The notes under the pieces were generated by a model, which worked only from the letters and a program-made list of their open reading frames with translations, was not told the DNA's origin and made no database searches. Shown here one piece after another: positions 12,792-25,639 of a stretch of DNA of 64,000 nucleotides. This stretch comes from Squalus acanthias (taxonomy: Eukaryota), in contig CM059432.1 in assembly GCA_030390025.1 (NCBI GenBank), forward strand, positions 62,374,001-62,438,000. Reading direction: 5' to 3'. The translations under genes and the position numbers were made by a program. Within the stretch, counting starts at the first letter, position 1. Each line of letters opens with the position of its first letter.

Positions 12792-13124
12792 CTTCTGCAT
12801 TGAGTCAACGCTTTGTGAGGTAGTTTTGCCTACTGATCCTAACAGTTGGCCCCCCCCCCGCTTTAAGAACTGGTCGGCGCCAGTGTGTCTGTGTTCCCTC
12901 GCTAACTGGCAGCAGCTGCGCTGCGCTCGCGCTCTGAGTTAGCGCCTCACTGCTCGGCCTTTGCGCCTTAAGACAGGTGTGCAGCGCCTGATTTAGCGCT
13001 CCACTCACCTCCCGGGGCGGTAAAAGTGAAGTTTCCAGTCAGTGGCGATAATTAGCGCCAGGCGCTAATATTTGCGTCCAGACGATATTTGCGCCCCAAA
13101 TGGGGCGCGACCTATTTTTCCCCC
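12389..13124. mobile_element. GC-rich MITE with TAA TSD (PIF/Harbinger-like), containing a (GA)n tract at ~12760-12790
   Basis: TAA|GGGGTAAAAAT...ATTTTTCCCCC|TAA; subterminal hairpins TTAGCGCC..GGCGCTAA and CGCCCCA..TGGGGCG. Confidence 0.8.
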
Positions 13125-13689
13125 TAAGGGTCTCAAAAGTGAAGTTAGATATTTTTAATTTATATTCAAAACTGGCAATTCTTGAATCCTGAGCTCAAAT
13201 TGAGTTTAAAACACCTGTTGTACTTGAACTCGGAGGTTGCGTGCCCTCGAAATAAAAATGGATGAAGAGATATGAAAACATTGCATTTCATACTGGCAAA
13301 CGAGACTGTGCTACTTTGTCTGCTTGCAGCCCCTTTTCTTAATTTGAGTATTTTAACTGTTAAACTCATGTACTGTTCTTGCCTGCACTGTGTGACTTAA
13401 TTCGCACGACATAACTTCCTCTGCTGTTTTGCCTTATTTGGCTGATGAAGTGGATAAAACACCCAATTTTTAAACCACCGAAGTAGGGTTCGAGTGCACC
13501 AAAGCCCTGGGAAAATGGTGGAAATAGGAGGCCTTCAACCACGTGGCTGGTGGCAGCGGAAAGCTGGGATTTGGGGGCTAGTACTTAGGAAGGGGTGAAG
13601 AGGAGTCGTGGCTGGTCTGGCATAGAGGTGCACTCGGGAGTGATCTGAGAGCAGTAGAGTAGTAGGGTCTATGAGTACTCAGGAAACTG

Positions 13690-14365
13690 AGTGATTGCCA
13701 AGGAAGAGGACTTTGCCAAAGCTATGTTAAATGAGGAGGTTGCTGAGATACTGGATGAGATAAAAAATAGATAAAAGAGGTACTGGAAAGGCTGGCAGTA
13801 CTTAAAGTGGATAAGTCACCTGGTCCGGATGGGATGCATCCTAGGTTGCTGAGGGAAGTAAGGGTAGAAATTGTAGAGGCGCTGGCCACAATCTTCCACT
13901 CCTCCTTAGAAACAGGGGTGGCGCCAAAGGACTGGAGGATTGCAAATGTTACACCCTTGTTGAAAAAAGGGGAGAAGGATAAACCTGGCAATTACAGGCC
14001 AGTCAATTTAATGTTTGTGGTGAGTAAGCTTTCAGAAACAATAATCCAGAGAAAATTAACAGCCACTTGGACAAGCATGGACTAATAAAGGAGAGCAGAG
14101 AAGGCCAAGAGGAGATTTGATAGGTGTTTAAAATGGTGAAGGGTTTAGACAGAGTAAATAAAGAGAAACTGTTCCCAGCTGAAGGGCCGATAACCAGAGG
14201 GCACAGATTGAAGGTGATTGGCAGAAGAACCAGAGGCGACACGAGGAAACACCTTTTTACGCAGCGAGTGGTTAGGATTTGGAATGCACTGCCTGATAGG
14301 GTGGTGGATACAGATTCAATAGTATCCTTCAAAAGGGAATTGGATAAATACTTGAAGGAGAAAAA
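13690..14365 (+). mobile_element. CR1 LINE fragment with large internal deletion
   Basis: ORF remnants DKSPGPDGMHPRLLRE...NYRPVNL and FTQRVVRIWNALP...FKRELDKYL. Confidence 0.85.
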
Positions 14366-15564
14366 GCAGAAGGCATGGTTGCTTTGGGGGGGGGCGGGGG
14401 GAATGATTTCCTAACATGTAATAATACAGGGTTCTCCGGTCACTGCTAGGGAAACCTTTCTGAGCACGTCCCCTCCCTGCTGCTGCACTATCACCCCGCC
14501 CGCATAATTGCCCCCTCCCTCTCCAACGGTTAGGCTCGAGCCAGCCTCAGAGATGAGCGTTGAGGACTGTTGCAGTGGGGTGGAACAGGGGTGGGATTTC
14601 TTAAAAGGGTTTCTCCAGCAATGTCTGGGCAAAACTGTATTATTTAAATTAACTATTGTTGGGGAGGAAGAGAGTGCCTGGGGCCTCAAGGTGGGCTTAG
14701 GGGAAGGAGGCATCTACAAGAGACCATAATAGAAGGGGCAGGCAATTTCAGAAGGCCAGATTTTAGTATCTTCAAGGTGGTTGGCACTGATGGCATGCAG
14801 AGAACCATGCCACCTATCCTGAGCCTCAGCTAAGATTCCTTGATAAGTAAGCAACAACACTACCTGGCTTGGCAGCCTCGATCAGAGGCAAGTAAAAAGA
14901 GATAACTTTAATTGGGGCACAAAAACACGCCAGTAAAAACATTAAGAAGTAATTAAGTGTTGAGAAGAAGTGGCCACATATACAAAACTTAATATAGATA
15001 GAGTAACCCTGTCATTTTTTTCAAAGTATATCTAATGAATGCAATATAGCAGTACTCCAGTACTCTTAGTATGATTCAGGTTCAGCAAGAACATAGAGTT
15101 TACAGCACAGAAACAGGACACTCTGCCCAACAGGTCTATGCCGGTGTTTATGCTGCACACGAGCCTCCTCCCACCTTACTTTATCTCACCCTATCCGCAT
15201 ATCCTTCTATTCCTTTCTCCCCCATGTATTTATCTAGCTTCCCTTTATAAATGTATCTATGCTATTCGCTTCAACCACTCTGTGTGGTAGCGAGTTCCAC
15301 AGTCTCACCACTCTGAGTAAAGATCATACGTTTCTATTTAAGGTAATGTGTGGAACGTGTTGTGTCTCTTGTGTATTTTCAGTATGAAAAGGAACATCCC
15401 TTCACGATTCCAAGAACTTCTTGTAATATTATTTCATACGCCATCTTATTCACAATATAAGAAATTAATACAATATTATTTAACGTCCATTTCATGAATA
15501 ATTTTGTGAGAACTATTATCATTCATTTGCTGCAAAGATGGATAGAACCATTCTAGCGTCATAC

Positions 15565-15676
15565 CGGTTTGTAATTATGTCATCCCACACACTCATAGGA
15601 TCCATCTTTGATTCGGGGTATCGGCCTGTCCAAGTTCTTATTAGTTTTCGGAGAGGCACTTCAGAAGTTAAATTAA
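15565..15676 (-). CDS. PRKDC: PRKDC exon: [36 protein letters not shown]
   Basis: TTGCAG acceptor, GTATGA donor; 112 nt. Confidence 0.94.
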
Positions 15677-16239
15677 CTGCAATAAATAAACAATGGAATA
15701 GTTATTCCACAAACCAGGAGTAATTCATAAAGCTAGATTGGGTCATGAAGGTCTTACTCACAAATCAGATTAATACGATATCCCAATGCACCCAGGTTAT
15801 AGCAAGTCAAAATTCAGAAGCTCACTCGTGTAAACATATAAAACAATGCTGATATATGTGGATGGTACGTACATTGTTCACAAATGTTGCTTCCTGTAAC
15901 ACTTAAGTGAACAACTGTAACAAACTTGTGAACATTTATAACTGGCTTCTGTATGCAAACATTTTGCAATCGGAAAACCATATGTAAACATTTACCACCA
16001 GGTTTGTTGTTGAACCAATTAATTCAAAATGCTTTTGGAAAAAAATATTCTTAGTAATGTGAAAAACCAAACAAAGAGCACACTCACTTTGAAAAATAGG
16101 ACATCAGATCACAAAGTAGTTTTTTTTACTGAGTGCATATATATTTACTACAGGTGCTTCCTTTTACCATCATACCTAACCCAGTGCTGCTCTGTGAGGC
16201 CTAAGCGCGTGAAGGCACGGCCACCAAAGATGGAGCAAA

Positions 16240-16640
16240 GGGAGTGGAGTATTTACAAGAGGCAGGAGTCATAGGGACAGTGAGATCGGGGGCGGGGGGG
16301 TGGGGGGGGAAAGAGTGCAGTTCTGGGCAAGCGGGACTTTGTGCAGTATAGAATATGGGCAGCAGAGTTTTGGATGAGCTGAAGTTTACAGAAGGTGAGG
16401 ATGGCCAGAGGAGCATTGCAATAGTCAAGTCTGGAGGTTAGAGGCATGGATGAGCTCGGCAATGTTAATTAGTAGGCAGTCTATATGATGGCAAGGACAT
16501 GGGGTTGGAATCTCAGATCAGCTGGAGGAAACTGCAGTTCATCCAAGACTGTATGTCGAACTAGACAGTGGAGAGATCGGGAGAAGTGGCGGAGAGGGAG
16601 AGCTGGCTGTCAGCAGCATACATGTGAAAGCTGACCCCAT
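16240..16640 (-). mobile_element. L2-like LINE fragment
   Basis: TSRLDYCNA...LQLIQNSAA remnant on minus strand. Confidence 0.65.
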
Positions 16641-17453
16641 GTTATATTATGTTATGTTCTTAATATTATTTCCGTCAGTTCCCCTTCTTCTTGCCAGGTG
16701 CTTATCGGTAATGTTTGCCGATTCTTGATTGGAAGTTTCTGTCCTGGTTTGCCACTTGTTTCCTACTCGTTCAATAATATTTCAGGCAATTGGCATTATT
16801 TAGTTAACAGTGTTTGTTGTGATAAATGTGAAGTACACTTTGCATGCGTGACACTTAAGTCACACTTTGAAGTGTGATGGACATCTTTTAATTACACAGA
16901 AAATATCGATATACTTTCCTTTTCTCACAGCAAATATAGGCTGAACAAAAGGAATTCATTTTCTTTTGCAAAAGGCCCTGAGACTGACTGTCCGCACAGA
17001 CATCCCAAGAACAAACAGAAATAAATCTCAAGGTTATCTGATCCAGATTAAAAGACAGTATCTGACATTTCTTATCCCGCAATGAGAAGTGTCATAAATA
17101 TTTGTGGTATCTTGGTCACAAGTCCTTGGTTTTAGTCTTAAAGGGCCAAGGTCTCCATGAAACAATTTATTTTTGGTTTGGGCATGAAGAAGAACCACAG
17201 TGTCATTGCTAATTAACGTGATGAATTTTAATGTGATTCAAGTCATCTTGTGTGTGTTTAAACAAACACATCTGTTTAAAAAAAAATGCCATATCCTTTT
17301 TCACAGTGTTTTTTGAGTCATCATATGTTGTATTATTAAAATGCTTAAACCGATTGCATCTAGTGAGTGACAGGCTTTCATCTGGAACATCAACAGGTTG
17401 CTGTGGGACACACCAGCCTACAGTAGTTATTTCAGCAGCGGATAGGATCTTAC

Positions 17454-17562
17454 ATCCTTTGGTGATGAAATGGAGAAAATCCTGGATCTCTGTCAGAGTT
17501 TGAAGAGACTGCAACTTGGTAAGTCGACTCCTATGGAGCAGCGTGTCAATACTGGAATAATT
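17454..17562 (-). CDS. PRKDC: PRKDC exon: [36 protein letters not shown]
   Basis: TTTGTTAG acceptor, GTAAGA donor; 109 nt. Confidence 0.94.
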
Positions 17563-18916
17563 CTAACAAAAAAATAAAAGCATTAAACACATTTTAACAA
17601 ATGTGTCATTTATTCTGAACTACAACTTCAAAACATGCATTATTTTCTCAGAATCTTACTGCTGATTCCTTTATTAATAAACATTTATTAATGCCAAATG
17701 GTTAAGCAAAATCTAACTATTCATTCAGCGGTATCTTTATATCTAGATGGAAAATAAAAACAGCCTTTAATCTGCTACACATAATCCTAGTCACTGTAAA
17801 GTGTGCAACACCAATTTATCTGGTTAACTACCTTTACAGAGACTGGAACTTATGACTTGGTATGATGTTTTTAATGAAGGAAGGTGCAACAAGCTATTTA
17901 GCAAACTGACTCACAGGAAGGTTAACTTGAGATAATGATTTTGCCATCTATGGCGCCAGGATAGATAAGCATGTCTGTTCTGAGTGTTTTTTCATCATAA
18001 CTACTGCATCACCTACTGCCAAGTATATCACAGCACATATCTATATGGGAAACATGTCAAAATATTTTCTGAAAAATAACTATGTCTAAAACTACCCTAA
18101 TGTTACTGAACTATACCAACTGCTTTTTTTTTTCTCGCCACAGAAATATGTCACACTGGTGCAGTAGGGGTGCTGTCGGAGTTTGGGCACATTGTTGGAG
18201 CCAACTAGGGGAAACAATGCTCAGCATCTGAACTGGATGTACTTAATACAGACGCTGGATACGTGAAATGGGAAGTGTTCCATTTGTCAGCACTAATACA
18301 CCTCATCTTATTGAGCACAAAAATGAATGTTTTTTCTCGGGGTCACTAAAATAAATATTCCAGATTTCACAATTTCATGCTGTCTGTAGTTCTCTTACAG
18401 TTCTTACGGGATATGCTGAACTATCTGTTCAAGATAAACCTGAATTTTTTTCCCCTAGATGCCAGCCAGTTAACCTGCTTGCATGCCTCATTGTTAGTGG
18501 CATTCTGTAACTGACCATGAAGACATAGTCACGAGCAACCTCATGTTACTCAGCCTTCAACTTTCCCTCTGTCCCTGTGCTCAAATGTCTCCCTCGGATG
18601 AGCCCAGTCACACAAATGGGTGCACGTCTAAATGATGACACTAACAGATGAAATCCATTGTGATCAGAAAGTTATGTTGAATATGTTTTTACATTATCTT
18701 TCCCTTTTCATTTTACCTGAAAATGTTTTTTTGTGTTCTAGAAATCCGATGAACACATGGCTAACCAGGTCATTAGATGGCTACTTATGATTAATTATTT
18801 AAACTCTAACTAGACGTAGCAGATACAGTCTATAACAACTCAAAAAGCCAAATTCGCATACAAAAATCATTTTACTGGATAGACCATCAACTCTTGACTG
18901 TATGTCAGGTACTAAC

Positions 18917-19141
18917 CTGCATAAAAATTTGGATACTATTATTGACATAGTATTTGGCACGGTCAAAGTCATCCTGCAGGATGTACAGGAGGCTCAGTTC
19001 CTGGCTGTAGCGGGTTTCAATAACAGTCTTCCATTGGTCCACCTTCATTGCATTGTCAATAAACGTCAGCAAAGACTGGTCCACTTCACCCAACTGTAAT
19101 AATTTCACTTTACTACGCATCATGTATGGCAAATAAGTCTC
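18917..19141 (-). CDS. PRKDC: PRKDC exon: [75 protein letters not shown]
   Basis: TTTTTTTAG acceptor, GTTAGT donor; 225 nt. Confidence 0.95.
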
Positions 19142-19324
19142 CTAAAAAAATGCCAAATGGAAGAATAAAACTTGTTCTCAGAATCCTTTAAACATCTACA
19201 CTAACACATTATTTACAGCTTCCTGGATAATCATTTTTTAAAAATGCAATTAAAAATGTTTCTATTTATCTCCACGTCTTTTCCCTCGGGTACACCAGAA
19301 CCCATCTGAGGTGGAGAGAAAGAA

Positions 19325-19630
19325 GAAAGAAAGACTTGCATTTATATAGCACCTTTCACGACCACCGGACGTCTCAAAGTGCTTTACAGCCAATGAAGTA
19401 CTTTTGAAGTGGAGTCACTGTTGTAATGTAGGAAACGCGGCAGCCAATTTGCGCACAGCAAGCTCCCACAAACAGCAATGTAATTGTTATATTGGTTGAG
19501 GGATAAATATTGGCCAGGACACCGGGGATAACTCCCCTGCTCTTCTTCAAAATAGTGCCACGGGATCTTTTACGTCCACCTGAGAGAGCAGACGGGGCCT
19601 CGGTTTAACATCGCATCCGAAAGACGGAGG
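19325..19630 (-). mobile_element. Deu-domain SINE (SacSINE1-like) with L2-type tail
   Basis: Reverse complement matches 55030-55360 (TTAAACCGAGGCC...AAAAGATCCC...GTCCTGGCCAATATTTAT...CTATATAAATGCAAG). Confidence 0.75.
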
Positions 19631-20936
19631 TAAGTAAGTGGTTCATGATTACAAAGGAGAAGATGGTCCGTCCTCTCTGAGCTACAATGCTGTACAATCT
19701 AGCAGCCTAGCCAACAACTATACAGGCTTTTAAAAAAAAAAAAATCTATTGCTTTGGATGTATTTGGGTAAATATTCTCCTTTAGATTTTGTATTTTTGT
19801 TCTCTTACTTCTGTGCCTAGCCTAACTGGAAGCTGAATGAGTGGGACTCAACTCTAAAGTGATCCACACCCAGAGGATGAAGAAACCTTGAGTGGTGCCT
19901 AAAAACATTCACACCTTTGATATAAATTGAACTTTCATTAGTCATTGCATATTGCAGTCTGATGGAGGCACACTGTAAGCAGTGGAAAAAGCAGTGACTA
20001 CAAATGTCGAGGCACACACTCGCATTCACTGTAGCAATCAACAGAAAGATGGAGAAAATGTGGCAAAGGCAAATGTTTTCACCATCCACCCCCATAATAC
20101 ACAGTATTGATTTGGTGTCATTAAATAGTATTAATATTGTTGGTATAGAACTCTCAAAATGTGTCAGCACCATCTAGTGGTACAAAATATAAACTACAAC
20201 TTGGTGCATTATGTCAGCAGATGTCACTGGGTAATTTAGACAGAACTCTGGAGCAAATATCAGCCCCCTCTCCCTGGCCCCCCAAAGTGCACTGTGACAG
20301 TAAAAAGACAAACAGCCTGGCGCCAAGCTCTAAAATTAAACATGCAACTACCCTGGAGCTAATTACATTGTCTGCTTCCCTCTGAGTATTCTCTTGAATG
20401 CTGGCGGTGTCAATTAGAGCATAAAGTTTTACTAATTTCTCCATTTTACATTCAACTTGTTATTCACGGTAGTTAATTGGGGGCTAATTGAATAGCTGTT
20501 TGATTTGCAGAAAGGAACAGGTACACGGGAGATCAGCGTGAGTCTATTGAACAGGTTCAGCTTCAGTACGAGGGCAAGCTTGAGTGGGGGTGATGTTCTG
20601 ATATATAAAAAATTCGGGAAGTTGGGCAAATGGAGATTGCAAATGCTCGATTTATCCAGTTTGCTCATCTTGGATAAGCCACTCATCAATCAGCTATACA
20701 GTTGTTAACAATGGTTCATTGTGACAATACAGTAAACAGTTTAAAAAAACAATACAAAGAATAACATACACGTTCTAAATGCAAATGACTAGACAATAAA
20801 ATATGCATGAATTAACATGCATCGACTGCTCCAATATCTTGACACGAGTAAAACACTTTGCACATGAAGGTAGATTTTTGGAAGTAGTCGAACCGACATA
20901 CTGTGGCAAAGGGTTGGTTCACTCTATTGCTATATT

Positions 20937-21670
20937 GGTGCAGAAATTCCGATCCCTACGGGTGGGTATGCGCTGTGTACCCACCCGTAGGGACATTGGA
21001 AATGCCGGTTTCAGGCATGCACTGCGCATGCGCTGGAAACCGGCATTTCCGATCTGTCAAGAAAGCTCTCGACAGATCCTCCGCCTGCCCGGGAGCAGGG
21101 CCTCTGCGGGGGGAGAGTTCCGTTTTTGGGAGACCCTCCGCCCGCAGAAAACACTTACAATTCTTGCGCCTGGTAAAAGCAGGCCTGCTTTTACAGGATA
21201 AGAGTTGAAAAAAAGTTTTTAAAATTTTTTTTCCATTGATTTATCATTTAAAAATACTTTAAAGAAAGGTAAGTTTATTTTTAGCCCCGTTAAAAACTTC
21301 AATTATTTTTTTCAAAAAATAAAATTTTTGTTTAAAATACTTAATTTATTGTAATTTAAAGTCATTTTGAAAATGTGATTTTTAAAAAAGTTTATTTAAA
21401 GTTTTACTATGTTTTGGGGGTGATCTCTATTCATATATTTGACAGGTCTTCCTGTCAAATGTATGAAGGGAGATTCCCTTCTCTGATTGGCTCCCCATGG
21501 CCCACGTGATTCCAGGGACGCTGTGAACCGCCTGCGCCTCTGGGATACGTGGGCCCTGCACACCGGCAGTTTGGAGAGGCCCAGCAACGGAACTCTGCGC
21601 CTCCCGGGAGCCCTCCGGTCTAGGCGCAGATATTTCCAGATTGCAGCCCTGCGATCGGAATGTCTGGGCT
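20937..21670 (-). mobile_element. MITE family A1
   Basis: Ends GGTGCAGAAATTCCGATC / GATCGGAATGTCTGGGCT; ATT TSD; reverse homolog of 1752-2494 and 56753-57506. Confidence 0.85.
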
Positions 21671-21911
21671 ATTATTAACTACATTGCTCGCCAAGTGTGT
21701 GTGTGTGCGTGACAAAACAGAAGGGTGCTAATGTTGACCATTGTTTTTGTAAATTACTTTTAAAGAAAGCTTCTGGAGGCAAGGCTTCGTCTACAAAGAG
21801 ACTTCCATTGGATTTCACCAGGCACGTAATCTCTTACATACAATAAACACATCTGAAGTCAATGATGCTAAAACAATTCAAGTGCCCAACACTTGAAGCA
21901 CCTTTGCTCAC

Positions 21912-22100
21912 CTGACAGAAAGGATCGGTCCATATCTCCTCTAAATTTACAGGCATTTTGTCACTGATGTTAACGGTGGAACAGTATTCCAGTGACTTCC
22001 ATTCAGTCAGGTGACTGTAACACTCTAGAGCTGCAATATCCCAAAAGTCTTTCTCTGCATCTGTAGGGTTTCCATCTACCCATTCTTCGGAATTCAGGGC
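21912..22100 (-). CDS. PRKDC: PRKDC exon: ALNSEEWVDGNPTDAEKDFWDIAALECYSHLTEWKSLEYCSTVNISDKMPVNLEEIWTDPFCQ
   Basis: TTTGGCAG acceptor, GTGAGC donor; 189 nt. Confidence 0.95.
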
Positions 22101-22913
22101 CTGCCAAATCAAATCCATACCAACTCTATAATCGCATGTTAAAGATATTACAGTACGATTCATGGAATGCTCCCATTACTATTTACTGCTGCCCTGCATA
22201 ACCAAACCAAGAAATGGAACTACCGTCCTACAACAGAAAAGGCAAAATGACAAGATCCTTTCACAATAAAGACTCTGCCAGGGGAAATAAGAATATTCAT
22301 ACAGATATGATATAAGCAATGCCTGCATCAGTTTTACTTTAATTTTTACTGGATTCATTGGATGAATATTGATGACAAAAGCAATCCATGAATTTGTCCC
22401 CAAATTTGCCGTTTATATGAACCAAAATATTGTTGAACAGGCAAAAAAACTTCAACCAGTGAGATGGATAAGCAGTAATGTTCTGGGAACACCATCACCT
22501 CCAAGTTCCCATCCAAGTCAAACACCATATCCTTCATCATCGCTCGGTCAATATGTCGGAGCTTCCTATCTAATGCTATTGTGGGAGCACCATCACCACA
22601 AGGTTAACAAAAGCTCACCACCACCTTCTCAGTGCAACTGGGGATGGGCAATAAATGCGGCCTTGCCGGTGATGCCCACATCTAGCAAACAAAAAAGAGC
22701 TAAGTTTACAATCCACTGCTGTGGTGTAAATAAAAGACGCAACTGGCCCCCATGGTACACAAAACATATTCAATTCATTATGCTAATATCACCACTTTTT
22801 GAGTAGAGTGATATCTGAGAACAGCAGACTCTTCTATCTTTATCTTTGGAACAGGGAGAGCAGCACTGTTATCACACTGGTCAGATTGTCAGCATTCTCA
22901 CAACCACTTTTAC

Positions 22914-23052
22914 CTGATCATATAACTGTACAGCTTCTGCGTAATCACTTTTTGCTTCCGCCAATAGTGCTTTTTGAGTGATTGACTTTGTACCAATTTT
23001 TTCACTGAAGATTCCACGCAGGACATCATAATCCCCTAGCGATCGGTACAAC
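22914..23052 (-). CDS. PRKDC: PRKDC exon: [46 protein letters not shown]
   Basis: TTTTGCAG acceptor, GTAAAA donor; 139 nt. Confidence 0.95.
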
Positions 23053-23341
23053 CTGCAAAAAGATCAAAGTTCAAGCTTTCAGAACCAATGTTCACCAAAG
23101 TCAAAATACATTGTTACATTATCCTAGCTGCTCAGTGGGTAGCGGCATCACAATGAGCTGAAGAGCCCACTGACACTTCAAATCTAGACTCAAAATCGAG
23201 GCTCACACAAGAGTACTTTGACCAGATATTCAGAAGCAACGGTGGCAAAAATCTGTGTCGTTGGATGAAGAAGGAAGAAAAGGAAAAGTACATTTTTAGA
23301 ACGGGTAGTTTTACTATTTTAATAACCATGCAGTGACTTAC

Positions 23342-23550
23342 TTAGCCAGCTCTACCCATCGGGCGGTGTCGGGAGACAGCTGGTTTCCGCCTCGTGCTCT
23401 CTTCGCTGGAGGTTCTTCCGAAGGGGTGTGGTGGTTCAAACTCAGCTCCAGAAGCAGAATTCCCATTGGCTGTTGTAAACTGGTTAAGGAGGTTGAGCTT
23501 ACAATAGCGGGATCAAGATGCAGCAGATCTGTGTGCTGACGACTCATATC
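23342..23550 (-). CDS. PRKDC: PRKDC exon: [69 protein letters not shown]
   Basis: TTTACAAG acceptor, GTAAGT donor; 209 nt. Confidence 0.94.
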
Positions 23551-23922
23551 CTTGTAAAAAAAAACCAGAACAGAACAGTACTGGTACAGTGCAATACATC
23601 AAAACCTATGTTATTTAATCCTTATTCCCAAATCCAACAAGCAATTATAATAAAACTGATCATTTAATTTCTATAATACATAAATCAGGCAAAAGCACAA
23701 CTTACCCAAGGATAAATAACTATTTAGGTAGATCCAGAATGCAAACTGAGATTAAGTTTAATCAACCAATTAAAACAGAAACAAAATCTATACTTTCATT
23801 TTATCTACTTTTACATAACCTTTAAAAAAAGAACTTAATTCTATATACTTTTACAGTAGGTTTCATATTGTAACATTGCTAAACATTACAGCAACCCCCA
23901 TGACCTTTCCTTTCGCCAATTA

Positions 23923-24279
23923 CAGGAAACTCTTGATTAACCGGCACCCAAATATCCGGAAATCTCTCTTAACTGGCAAAATTCTTGAGTAGGTAACCGG
24001 GGTTTTCCTTCATCTCTCGTTTAAAATTAACTTTAAAAAAACCCCCGAGGCGTTTGCCTTGTATCGGAGCGTGTAGATTGGGAGGGGAATGTGCAGCCCG
24101 GGTAGGCAGCGGACACGACAGATGGTCAGCTGGCGGGGAGACGGAGCTCCGAATGCAGGCGCATGTCAGTGTGTACGGGGCTCTCGTACGTTGGGAGATA
24201 TAACTCTCCATTATCCGGACTTTTTGATTAACCGGCACCACGCCGGTCCCGTCGGTGCCGGTTAATAAAGAGTTTCCTG
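23923..24279. mobile_element. Tc1/mariner-superfamily (pogo/Tigger-like) MITE
   Basis: TA|CAGGAAACTCTTGATTAACCGGCACC ... GGTGCCGGTTAATAAAGAGTTTCCTG|TA; TA TSD; internal repeat of GATTAACCGGCACC. Confidence 0.85.
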
Positions 24280-25639
24280 TATTGATCAACATCCATGTCT
24301 AACAACAACAACAACTTGCATTTATATATCACCTTCAATGCAAGAAAATGTCCCAAAGTGCTTCATAAAGGAAGGAGCAAGAAAAAAGGACTCTAGTTGG
24401 AAGGAAGAGATATGGGGTGATCGAAAGCTTGGTTTTGAAAGTTTTAAAGGGTATAGATTTATGGAGGAAGTTCCAAAGAGGTCTTAGACAGCTGAACATG
24501 TTCAATCACCTCACCCATCTCTCCTTTAAGGTTCTCCTTATCTACAGCCTGCCTAAACCTCCAGAAATTATCCTCACCAAAATCCCTGCTCCTGTGCCAT
24601 CGTCGCCTCGACATGAAACGACTCCTTGTTCAATTACATTAATTTTCACCTGAACTCATCCTCCCCATTTCCACCAACTTCCTTATCCCGTTTACCTCCC
24701 ACAATCTCATTGCTCCCCTTGGTACAAAAACCACCTCCACAACATCAAATCCGCATGGTATAAACTTACAATGACTGGCTGACTGACCAGAGCAGCAGTC
24801 CACTGTCAGATCAGACTGGACCACTGAATCTTCACCATCACAGCAATTCGAAGAACTCTGCGGTTGTGCTTTAGTTATTTACAAAATATAAGTGGTAAAA
24901 TGAAACTTCATGACCACCATTCTTCAGAAATTACACAGGTGCACTATGGAGAACACTCTGGATCTTGCAATTTATGTATTCAAGTTGCATGTTCATTTAA
25001 ATAAATTAATGGTGCATTGGAGAGAAACTTTAAAAAGTGTTTAAATCTCAAGGGCAGACATTGCAGTTTCTATTTAACAATTAAAATTATTGATATAACA
25101 ATGAAATAACAATGGTACTTTGAACAAGGAAGCGTCAATAGTTATAAAACTATCTTCTTCCTAATAAAAAAATAAAGTTTTAGACCTGAAAAATGCAGTT
25201 ACTCCTCCAGTTATCCGTTATCTGGTGACTTCGGCTCCTGCTGGACCTAACATTTTGTGGGTAAATCTATGCCGGCGCATTACTGGCATAAATGTAGGAA
25301 ACTCGGGTGAGCTGGTCTTTAGCACGTGGGCGGAGCTATGTAAATAAGCGGCAGACGGTTTTGGTGGATGTATTTTGGAAGCAGCTCAAACGATCAAGAT
25401 TTGCAAGTAAAACTGGCGTAAATCAGTTAAGTGATAATTTCCTCGGAAAAACGGCGTAACTCCACTCTTACGCCATAGTTATGCCAAAATGTTCCAGCAA
25501 ATTATGGGCCGATAAGCCAAATGGCCCACCTTCTGGGATTCATGGGGCTTCTAATGCCCAAAATCAAAGCCACCCACATAGGTGCCTCTGCCACCTTTGA
25601 CAGTCCTTCAACTCCGAGCCCTTCCTCCTGCTCTCCATT

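Noticed and set aside
25182..25511. Possible old MITE with TACGCC/GGCGTA motifs ending AAATTATGGGCC
   Set aside because: Termini too degenerate and no clear TSD; not supportable as a defined feature.
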